Assembly (NCBI GenBank): GCA_905250115.1
Contig: CAJNOI010000131.1
Location: 170,035 to 202,034, forward strand
Direction of reading: 5' to 3'
Length of the DNA stretch: 32,000 nt
Origin: Adineta steineri
Lineage: Eukaryota
In this document: positions 21,406 through 32,000 of the stretch, piece after piece
How positions within the stretch are numbered: position 1 is the first letter of the stretch
How the letters are laid out: each line of letters opens with the position of its first letter
The notes under the pieces: generated by a model
What the model saw: the letters and a program-made list of their open reading frames with translations, nothing else
Told to the model about the DNA's origin: nothing
Database searches by the model: none
Program-made: the position numbers and the translations under genes

Positions 21406-22117
21406 CATTCCACTATATTAACTGTTTGAACAGTGGCATTGCAGTCGCTAAAATACTTTTTAAAAGATTTTTCATAATTAATAAATGTTTCGCTTATACA
21501 ATCAAGCATCATAAATGTCTAATTGATCAAATATATTGAAACCTTCAACTAGATTTATCATTCTCCTCAGCACAAGTACTTATCAAAGATAGTTTTTCTG
21601 TATTTTTTATTGCTATGAATCATACTAACAGAATGGAGAAATCCCAAAATACAGTAGACACTTTTCTTGTCCTATCCTCAAGATGATAAACTGCACTTTA
21701 TGTTATTAGAATTATTTTGATTTTTACTTATTCGAAATAAAATAAGACCTAATGTATGAATATGAACAAAAAAAATTAATTCAGATTAAATGAACGATAC
21801 TTTCAATATTTTAAGATGAGTAATTTGATCAACTAATAAATAAGGTGAACGACGAAAACAATTGGAGACGAAAATTTATTAAATGAGTGTAAAAAAATTT
21901 TTGAAGACTTTCTAAAGTAATTCTACTCTTTGATATACTAATGTTGTTCGTACTGTTTGCCTCAGAATATTTTTTCTATAAAGTTATTTTTGTATCTTCA
22001 TCGTCATTGATACGGTTGATTAGATAAATGATATTTATCCGTTGAAAAAAAGTATACTATTTATATTATTTTTTCATATTCATATTACGAAAAAAACACA
22101 CACTCATCCCTCCTAAA

Positions 22118-22546
22118 ATGTCTGTATCGAATGTATTAACAACTGAACAGAATGAAGTTGAACGAGGATGGATTCAAGCATTTTATAGTACTCTCAACGT
22201 TGATTCATTCGATATCGAGCGTTGGTTCGAGAAATATTTTGAAAATGACGCATCTGTGACTTATAATAACGATCCACCATACAAAGGATACAGTGATGTA
22301 TCTGCACATATACTACAACTACGTCAAAAACTATCGGTAAAATATACTGTCAAACATGTCGATGCTATCTCAGATCGAATTTACGTTGAAATTGATGCAA
22401 CAGTTATTCGAAAAAATGATCCGGAGAAAAAAGAAATTCATCTCTCAGAACTTGCTGTTTTTTACAAGAAGATCAATGAAAGCAAAATATCATCGCTCAA
22501 GATTTATGTGGATCCAACGCCTCTTCTTGAAAAAAATAAAACATAA
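22118..22546 (+). CDS. SnoaL/NTF2-like domain protein, intronless 142 aa
   Basis: MSVSNVLTTEQNEVERGWIQAFYSTLNVDSFDIERWFEKYFENDASVTYNNDPPYKGYSDVSAHILQLRQKLSVKYTVKHVDAISDRIYVEIDATVIRKNDPEKKEIHLSELAVFYKKINESKISSLKIYVDPTPL has SnoaL-like composition and motif order (W..AFY, F..DA....N.PP..G...). Followed by an AT-rich 3' region. Confidence 0.6.
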   Translation: MSVSNVLTTEQNEVERGWIQAFYSTLNVDSFDIERWFEKYFENDASVTYNNDPPYKGYSDVSAHILQLRQKLSVKYTVKHVDAISDRIYVEIDATVIRKNDPEKKEIHLSELAVFYKKINESKISSLKIYVDPTPLLEKNKT

Positions 22547-23247
22547 TATACTCGTATAATTACATTGTTAAAACACATACATTATAATATATAAGCATGC
22601 ATATTTTTTCTTCTGTGAATAATAAATATACATTCATAGAAACGATATTTGCTTTTTTTTTTTGCCATAATCAATATGTGTTCAGAAATGAATCGAAAAA
22701 ATCAACAGATTCATTTTGTAATTGTTAATTAACGTAAGTGCGTATTTTTCTATTCAACAGGATGGTAAGAAAAAAACACGTGCGTGTACTCTATAATACG
22801 TTGCATATATGAATAGAGAAAATATTTGTTTGATTGACGATGTGTAATTACATATGAACAAATACTCTTTATTAAAAGATAGATAGTATATCATTTTATT
22901 CTTTTTTAGTTCAACGAAATGGCTAATGATAGTTACCGTCAGATACTTACTAGAGTATGTCTTTTGAATAAATGTAATCTGTATGCAATAATAATATTAA
23001 TAAAATATTCAATGGATCTGGGTCAGAGTACTGTATTAACCTTACTCTAACACACCCTTGAGAATGAGCAAATACTAATGTAGCAACTACAACGGAGTCA
23101 TGTTATTTAACTTTCTTTAAACCTTTAAAAGTGTGCGATTTTATTCAATTTGTAGAGAAGATTTAGATTAATATAGAAAAAAGAGTTCAAAGTAATAATA
23201 ATATAAGCGATTAGTTATGTCTGCGAGAATGACCATCTTATCTTGAT

Positions 23248-26200
23248 TATGGAATTGGATTCTCATCAAACATATTTGATGGATTGACGTTAAATAACGC
23301 TTTATTAGATTGAATTTGTCGAGAAACCCGCATGTTGACAGTAATAGGCCTAAAAATGGTAAACAGTGTTGGAATTATTTTATGTAAAACTAATCAAAAT
23401 CGAAAACGATAAACAAATTACATACCCAGATGTGTTAGATGATTGTAATTTCCCTGAGCTCTCAACCATAGGTCCACCTTGACGTATAGTTTGTAGTGTC
23501 TGAGGTACAGCAGTCGAATGCCGACGAGTTTCTAATTCCATAGATTTTTCGAGCTCGACCATTCGTATAATGTTTACTCGCACTTTTTGTGTATCATCTG
23601 CTCTTGTCGCTTGAGAAGAAACAGTAGGAAACAATGCTACAGATTTATGTTTCGGCAGACTGGTAGTCGAAGAAATAGATTCAATATCACTCTGAAAATA
23701 TAGATTATTTAGTATGATTATATCAAACTGGTTAAAATTACACAGATTTAAATAAAATCTCTAAAAGTTTTCATAAACCTTTTGCAATGTAAATCTATCC
23801 TCTATACTGAAGTAAATGGTCTGGAAAGTGTAGATAGTAGTAGTAATCAATAAAACACACCCACACCCTTACTTGAGATAGTTGAATATCTAGTGTTGGT
23901 AAAGAATATTTTTGAAGTATTCTGTTCATGCCATTGTTGAGTTTATTGAATCTACGAAAGAAAAATAATAAGTATCTGATGTAATATAAGAAATTAATTT
24001 GACACATACTTTTTCTCTAAACTTTTGAAATCAACATCCTCACTTTGCTTGTCCCCTTCATCGACAAATCCCCGTCGTACCCAGTACATTTCGGCGATTT
24101 CTTTTTCATAATCCATCTGATATAAGACGTCCGGAAGAACTCGTTCAGATTGTTTTTCTAAGTGGAAAAGTCTTTGTCAAAAATCTATTATATATCTTTA
24201 ATATTACCAGCAATCTGACTGATTCGAGATGATACACATCGACGTTTACAGCAACAACGACGCCAGAGATATATTATGAATTTAATTGGATAGTAGCAGA
24301 CGTTCAACGGAGCGGGCAATACTGGTCTTTCGCTGTATTCATAAATTAGCAAGAATCGTTGATGTCTCCAGATGAGACGCGATCGCTCAAGTATACGTTG
24401 AATAGTCACACTATATAGTACAAAAGAGTATTATTCTAAAAATCTAGCATTTGATCTTTTGATACACTTACTTAAACATTGCAATGAGAACATTCACAAG
24501 AAGTATACTTGATATGAATACGAAGGCAATTGCAAGTAAGTAAACAAATGTACCATAAACATCATTACCTAACAAAAAATTAAAAGTTTGTCATTTACAA
24601 AGATAAACGATCAAAAAACAAATATATTCATACCGCTAACAGCACCGTTATATGGTTCGTCAGTTTGTCCGAATACTTTCAAAATACCCCAATTGGAAAC
24701 ATCTCGCAACAATTGCCACGTCCATAGATCACTGCCACCATTCACTACAGTAACATTGAATAACGAACCATCTTCGGCATATGCCCAATTAACTTGATTG
24801 TTAGTTGTTAGAAGAGACCAACACGTAACCGAAAATGCGAAGAGAAGAATAAGAATGAAAAACGCGAAGATCAGAACGGCATCTTTCATCTATAATAAAA
24901 AGTTAGAAATCAGATGGGCACTATTCTTAAATATAATATATACTCACCATTTTATAAATCATGACTAATTTAGGACCCAAGATTTCATAAGCAGTAAAAA
25001 GATGAAGTAATCGAAAAGACCAAAGAATCAGATCGAGTGCCATGAATATCCTACACGAAAAATTGCAACAATGATAAAAAGTCTTGGTGTAAAGTTAACT
25101 AAAGTAAGTAAATCATCTGTTATCAAATAACAACTCTTTGAGATTATCTTAATACTTCGTAACAGTATCCGATGACATCTTACTTTGATGTAATGAAGAG
25201 TGTTTCGATAACAAAAAAGCGAGTAATAAATCCAACCAAGTAAAAAGTAATGGCTGCTAGATCCTCCCAATTCCAGGTGCTAATAATATTAGTAGAACCG
25301 AATTGTGCACGTATTATCATCTGATAATATATCGAATTATGAAACACAAACCGATTGAAATTGAAAGACAACTAACCTGGTGAAATGTATCGATAATTGA
25401 ACTCCAAATGCAAATGTGCAACACAATTTCGGAGATTGGAATTTTTAAGATTTGATAACCAGAGCGCGTTTCTCCGTATACATTCAATGGGAAATAGTCA
25501 ACGAGAAGAACATAACTGAAGAGAATCAGAAACGCAAAGAAGAACGTCTAAATACAAAATAAAATAACAAAGTCTAGCTATTTGGAAAAGAGTAAGAGTA
25601 GAAAAAAAAACGCACAGCATGGTAGTAGAAGCGCACCACTGGAGCTTCATAAAACCAGACAATTCTTAGCCATACATCACGCAACCAGTAAATTGGCTTT
25701 GTGCACCACTTCTTACAACCAGTGTTCCGGCGTCTACGACCTGGGATACTCTCAAAATTCCAGTCTTCTGTAGATCTACAAAAAATAGAGTGGAAATCGA
25801 GAATAGAGAAAACCTTTCACTAACGTCCATGTATATGTGACTGGCTGACCAAATCGAATTGATTTTCTAGTTTCCTGTGTGACAATAGAATAAGAAGAAA
25901 TTATTGGAAAATTTTGTTTGATTTATATTACTTGGACTTCGGCAGAAGATTTTTTGTAGAGAAAAGGAAAAATCACTGCTGATATTGGTACGAGAGGCAA
26001 AAACAAGGATACAATACATATCTAAATAAAGATTATATTTAAAAAATGAATATTCTAACTATCTCATTCAAAACTTTAACGAACCCACGTGTAAATAGGT
26101 AACTTAAGCAAGGATTGATGAGTGTCAAAATGATGATACCACTTTTGAACGACAAATGCTTGAACAGTATTACTGGCAAGAAAACCCCTGCAGTCGGTAC

Positions 26201-29200
26201 GTCGCGCTACGTCCAACGGCATGCAGTGAAACAATGCTGGAGCTTTGCATTCAAGTACGTTGATAGCAAGACTTTTGTCTTGGACGAAACATTCATCAAT
26301 GAGATTTTTTGAATGTCCATCAAATTGTCTGTTTCAATTAAAAAATTAAATTCAATATACACACAGAATTGTAGGTTAATTCTGCAAGAATTCGTTCTAC
26401 TTACTTTCCAATATCTATCAGAGTACGTTTGTTTTCATTGTCATTCTCTGCTGCTTTGAAATAAATTGTAGCAGCAAGAAGTGTGGCCATGGTTTGATTC
26501 TGACAGTTAGAGTATGTCAAAGAAAGAGAAATAGATACAAAAATACATCGAAAGTGTTTGTTACCGGAATTGTGGAGCAAAGACATTTAGCCATATCTGG
26601 TCGATTCATGAATAAAAACCAAAGATAAAGTGTTTCGGTCTTGTTTTCATGGAACAATGTATCAGTAGTGGTTTTCCAGTGGTGCTTTGGATTGTGATTC
26701 CAAACTACGCCTTCTTGTTTCATTCGGTTCTCTCCTATCCTATATTTCTTGACCTAAAATACGTCATACAGAGGAATTTATTATACCCACTGTTATGTCA
26801 TTCTTACGTAATGTCCTAAATATTGAATAAGATAAGAATTATACACCTCTTTTATCGATTTTGCCTGGTGTGAAGATCTGTGGAGAGTCAGAGCATCGTC
26901 ATTCTGCGAAAGTAATTTATATCGAAATGAAAAATAGTACGCTGTGCGCGTTTATTTTAGTTCACATTACCAGTGTTTTTTCACAAATAATCTGTATATC
27001 ATGGATTTCAAATGCTTCTATTGATGCACCGTTATCCATGAGCAAACTGACGAAAGAGACTTTGTTTCGACACAAAGCTTCGAAGAGTGCTGATTGTCCA
27101 AGTTTGCTTATCTATAAAAGATACATAGTTACGACAATTCTGATTAATATAAGCAGACACTCACCCAACGCCGCTTAGTTTCTGTCAGGGCCATATTCTC
27201 GTCTCCACTATTAATCCAAATCTCCAGTTCTCCACGTGCTTCCTTGTTCCAGATCTGAAATAATCACGGAAAGGATTGTATATTATTTTCTATTGATTCA
27301 TTGAAAAGAAAAGGAAATTTTACCAAACACCATTTCAATTCTTCAGCTTTTGGATCGTATCCATCGTTTAGTGTCTTCCTATTCTTGCGTTGATAGGATA
27401 TTTCATTCCACATTACATCGGCAACCACATCTTCTAGATTATCAATACATTTAACCCCATCGTATACAGCAATCAGTATATTCATATCGATTAGTATCTT
27501 TACATATTCGTCAATTTTGCCATAGATTTGATCTGTATTCTCTCCTTCTAAAAGCCACAATCGTTGCAATCGATTTTTGCACTCTTGGACATCTTTCTTC
27601 TTTCTCTCTTCTAATTTCTCCTTTAAGTTTGAATGATCATTAAGTTGTATTTGGATGAGCTCGTCATTTGTACGCAGATCCAAGCACAGGGTAGCCACGA
27701 TATCTGCAAGATGACCTGTACCCTAAAAGAAATAAGTTATTCAATGAGACATAATCGTCAGGTCAAACATCATATATAGTTTTATATGATAGATATCTTC
27801 AAATGTAAGAATACATACTAGAACAGCAACGACTGGTGTTTCATTCTTTAATCCTTCACATATAACATTTAGTGTTGTAAAGTTACCACCAAGTAAGAGC
27901 GTAACAATCGGAACAGTATTGCGAAATACTAGAAAATATATTACTTGTTAATAATGATCACAAATCTTTTCTTCGCTTTCATCATACATACCACTCTTTG
28001 AATGATTATCATCATTGATAGTTTTATTCTCTAGTAATGTCTTGCTCAATTGACGTTCGATCTCGCCACGTTTCAATTGGATATTTTCTACATTGTCTAT
28101 CTCATGATCGAAAAGAACAAAATGAGTATGGTTCGATTCCAATTCGCAATCATCGATGGAAGTTATATTTATTTGATCGTGTTGTATAGGACGTTGGTTA
28201 TTGTTCGGCTAACAAAAGAAAACGTAGTTAAATTCGCATAAACATGCATTTCACTTAGGCATGTAGCGAACCCGAACGTTCGGGTTCGGTCAGTTCGGGT
28301 TCGGTTTTAGGGTTCGGGTTCGGGTTCGGTCGCAAGAGTTCGGGTTCGGGACCGAACGGTTCGGGTTCGGGGTAGTATGCACGGACCTCCAAAAATTTAA
28401 GTATCGAAATGATTTTTTTGACATGTGTGGTCACCGAACCCGAACAGTTCGGGTTCGGTTGATGTTTCATAATTTCCTTTATTATGCTTCCACATATGTC
28501 AGAAAAGTCATTTCGATGCTTAAATTGTTAGAGTTCGGTCCAAACTACCCCGAACCCGAACTGTAGTTCGGGTTCGCTACATGCCTAATTTCACTCGAGC
28601 ACTTACTTTTCCGTGACTGGTAGCTAAAACGATACATTATATATTTCAAGAACAATATCGTACACTTGTTACCTGATATACGTTTCCAATTACAGAAACC
28701 GATGCAAGGCACATCAGTCTCAACAGCATCAGTTTGCAGCGTTGTTCCAACTAGTTTAATCATGTCTTGGTTGACACCTCTTGTGATAACCCATGCATCT
28801 AAATGTTCGAAGAAAAGTAAATAAGACGTATCAGTTTTTCTCTATTTATTCACTTGTTATTCTTGCTGTAGCAGCTATACCACGACGAATAATGCTCTTA
28901 GTTTCTTGATTCTGAACATTGATGCTGTCTGTCTGAATTGATAGGATTAGATCAGGAACTGGAAGCTGGTAGGCATCGATGATAAATTTTGCCACCACCT
29001 CTTTTGTTGCTCGGCCATCGAGATGAATGAACTTAACAGATATAATATAAGCATGTGATTAGAATATGGCAAAAGCCGAGGAACGCTTCGATGATGTTTT
29101 ATATGACTACCTGACTCCATGAACAGTAGCAAAAAATTCAAGCAGTTTACCTGTGATAAACGATCATTAGTATTATCCTCACCAGGATTATTAAATCGAA

Positions 29201-30257
29201 AAAATCCGAAGTCGGCCGAGGTTTCACTAAAGCACATAAAAAATATTTCATAAATCTTATGTCCCGAAGGTATATCTTGAAAAGATCGAAAGAAAAAAAT
29301 GTCGAAAGTGATAATAATAGACTTTAAGCATACATCATACTGTAGCGTATTCAAGCAGTATCTCAATACCATTCGGACAACTTACACAGCACCGTTGAAA
29401 AGCGGAAGTTGAAGTTTCGCGACGACCTAGAATGAAAAAAAATAGTATTTTCAACCATCTTGAGGATAAGTGTGCGTTTGAATAAAGAGAAGACATCCAC
29501 CCACCTTAGAAATACCTGCAAAGGGTACCTCTACATACGTTATAATGACCTATGAATGGTGCCCCTATTTACCTCATAATGAGTTACAGCATATAGATCA
29601 TCAGTTGAACTGAATAGTGTCCAGTCTCCAGTGGTGCATTGGTCCTGCTGCATACCTAGAGCGCAACAACAACTTTTCATCGAGGGTTTTTTCAGAATAT
29701 ATATACTAACGTCGCATATTCAGTCGGACAACCTGATCGGTATGTAAATGGAAGGTGTAGAGATCGATACTCTATGTGTTTACTTCTTTTCTGTTCTGTT
29801 TAAATAATCTTTCCAAGATCCTACGAAGTAGTCTAATACCATCACGGAAGAAACTTTCATAAATCATAGTAAGATCTCATTGAGAATTATGATAATACTC
29901 TAGATGAAACTTACTAGTATTCTTGACTATATAACCACAATTTTTCTTTGAAAGCATTCGAATTCTGGTAAGATCTTCAGGATTTCATCATTTACTCAGG
30001 AAAAACAACGAATCCTTTACGGATCTACAGGGAATATGGAAAGGAAACATCAAAGATTTTCGCTAAGGTACAGCTTTTTCTGAATCTCTATCTGGTTGGA
30101 TATATACATACGCTCTTCACGTGATTCTGTGTGTTGATTAATTCTGAAGCCATACACAGATGTTGAGTTGATTGTTCAAGAAACTGAGAATTGTTGTATT
30201 GCCACCTTCACAACGTAATAAACAAACAGACGGCATCCTTTTTTTTCTTTCTTCTTC
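23248..30257 (-). CDS. TRPM (melastatin-type) cation channel-like protein, many short exons; 5' start uncertain
   Basis: Minus-strand exons match TRPM order: N-terminal homology region (MIKLVGTTLQTDAVETDVPCIGFCNWKRISG); QSALFEALCRNKVSFVSLLMDNGASIEAF; AINVLECKAPALFHCMPLDVARRTDCRGFLASNTVQAFVVQKWY; TM segments (VVFYVLFFALFSYVLLVDYFPLNVYGE, EDLAAITFYLVGFITRFFVIETLF, LDLILWSFRLLHLFTAYEILGPKLVMI, MKDAVLIFAFFILILLFAFSVTCWSLL); pore WGILKVFGQTDEPYNG; S6 VYLLAIAFVFISSILLVNVLIAMF; post-TRP ERSRLIWRHQRFLLIYEYSERPVLPAPLNV. C-terminal exon ends ...SNMFDENPIP-stop at 23248. Confidence 0.85.
28256..28587. mobile_element. Non-autonomous MITE-like DNA transposon (332 bp) with 22-bp perfect TIRs and 8-bp TSD, hAT-like, inside a TRPM-gene intron
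   Basis: TIR TAGGCATGTAGCGAACCCGAAC (28256-28277) and its exact reverse complement GTTCGGGTTCGCTACATGCCTA (28566-28587). Direct repeat ATTTCACT lies at 28248-28255 and 28588-28595. Multiple subterminal TTCGGGTTCGG motifs in both orientations. Confidence 0.92.
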
Positions 30258-31784
30258 ATAGCAATTTTGAAGAGGCGTTATTTCATGGAAGGCAGAACTG
30301 TAAAGGAAAAACAGATGAGTAAATGTTAGCTTTTTTCAGTAAAAAGCGAGCCGTCGTTCATATACAATGCTCTTGACAATCAAAAAAGTACATTCTAGTT
30401 ATGATAAGTTACATATTTTAATTTTTCTTTTCTTTTCTTTTCTTTTTATGTTTATTGACAAGATCATGAAACATATACTGCTGGTGAATGACACAGTTAT
30501 GGAATAATTGCTGTGTGATAATTATTGTCGATTGAGAAACTATAAAACAAGATTATGTCGGGTGAATTTCAGTGTGGACATGAGTGAGATTAAGATAGTC
30601 TAGAGAAGACACCCAAACTCTTGTCGTTCGATAGTCAGTCGTTTCATTCGAATAATTGTTATATCTCTACTGTGATTTCGTCGTCAATAATAAACTTCTG
30701 CATTGAAAAAAGGGCCCTAGAAAAGCGAAGGTCCAAGTAATCGTATTTTATGGATTTTTTATCAACACAATAATTATCGCACCGCGATTGTTCCATAATT
30801 GTAAAATTCGTCAGCTGTATAGCTTGTATCATCTTTCTAACAAAAATAACAAGAAGAGGAAAGAAAAAAAATAAAAATATATAACTCGTCATAAATGGAA
30901 TGTACTTTTTTGCTTGCTAAGAGCATTCTATATCAATGATGGCTTGCTTTTTATTGAGTAAAACAGAACAAATAAAAAAAAATAACATTTACTCATCTTT
31001 TTTTCTTTCACGGTTCTGTCTTTCTCTAAATAACGCCTCTCAAAGATTGTTATGAAGCAGAAAGAAAAAAAAAGTATGTCAGCTGTTTATTTATTACATT
31101 GTGTGAAGAACACAATATCTATTTATGACTTCAGAATTAATCAAAGCACAGAATCATGTGAAAGTCATATGTTTATATCCAGTTAGATGGGGATTCAAAA
31201 ATAGAGGTGGATGTGGAATTACACCTCTCACCCGCACACTCAGATAAATCAAAAATTCCTCTAATCTATCAGTGTTCACTTCTATTCATTGTTAATATAA
31301 GCATCCGAAAATATCGAACGATGTTTATTTCATATTGTTTATGTAAGAAACCATGACTTTAACACGATGCTTGCAAGAGAGAGAAATAAACAAATGACAT
31401 TTTATAAAAAAGTATTTTGGTGTTTATCTTTTGTTTAACAACATTTAGTGAAGACTAGCAACTAGGGATGGTACTTTTTCAAAGCAAAATAAAGATGAAG
31501 TGCCATCCATACTGTCAATAGAGTATTGCATCAGAGTACAAAAACGTAAACAAATATGAATGTCAATACATAAAATACTATCATCGAGTAGTATGTACTA
31601 GACTTCATCTACGATACTTACAAGCCCTAGTCTCAATCCTGTTCAATCCTTAAGAAATCCTGAAAAGATCTTTCAAGATCCTGAGTCTCAAGGATTTTGG
31701 CAAGTTTCATTCAGGATTGGTTCACGTTCTTGCTAAGATTTTTTCTCAGGATCTTTCTTTTGTATCTATATGAATATTTTCATT

Positions 31785-31800
31785 CACACCCACACCCACA
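31785..31800. repeat. Short telomere-like CCCACA run
   Basis: CACACCCACACCCACA. Confidence 0.6.
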
Positions 31801-32000
31801 GCTATTTAAAATTATTTAAGGCTTAAATAGTTGCCTTTCCGATATACTCTATTTTCTGTTGTCACATAGTACTTCGCTCAATATTTATCTAAGATTATTC
31901 TTAAACTTAGACTAAAATTTTTGTTACATATTGGAACATTTAAAGACATTTTCCAAATAAATGTGATCTATTCATCATTTCTAATTGTTTTCATAAGAAG

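Noticed and set aside
26115-26312. Plus-strand ORFs inside the TRPM locus (also 26861-27178, 24588-24797, 28050-28241)
   Set aside because: The minus strand at these places encodes TRPM-like exons with consistent splice sites; the plus ORFs look incidental.
28255-28470. 71-aa minus ORF (PNPNPNPKTEPELTEPERSG) over the MITE
   Set aside because: Arises from the subterminal CCGAACCCGAA arrays; ends at the TIR and has no protein-like features.

Overview
The window looks like nuclear DNA of an AT-rich metazoan. Several signals point to a bdelloid rotifer (inference): very short introns of about 50-75 bp in intron-dense genes, intronless ART-TPR and royal-jelly-like genes, and short TGTGGG-type telomere-like runs. 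Left part: an SDR39U1-type epimerase fragment, a RING/TRAF-like zinc-finger gene, two related secreted-protein genes and a candidate transmembrane CBM14 (peritrophin-A) protein. Middle (9.8-15 kb): two intronless ORFs, a major royal jelly/yellow-like protein and an 855-aa ADP-ribosyltransferase fused to kinesin-light-chain-type TPRs, with a frameshifted pogo-like transposon relic between them. Right part: a glycine-rich protein, a mucin-like single-pass membrane protein whose stalk is encoded by a run of phase-2 microexons, a SnoaL/NTF2-like ORF, and a roughly 7-kb TRPM-like cation channel gene on the minus strand. One TRPM intron carries an intact 332-bp MITE with perfect 22-bp terminal inverted repeats and a perfect 8-bp target-site duplication (hAT-like). 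Best leads: the MITE, the ART-TPR protein (altered ExE motif, 252-bp higher-order TPR repeat), the symmetric microexon array, the pogo-like relic, and a 24-bp minisatellite abutting telomere-like repeats. All splice junctions were read by eye, so treat coordinates as accurate to a few bp.
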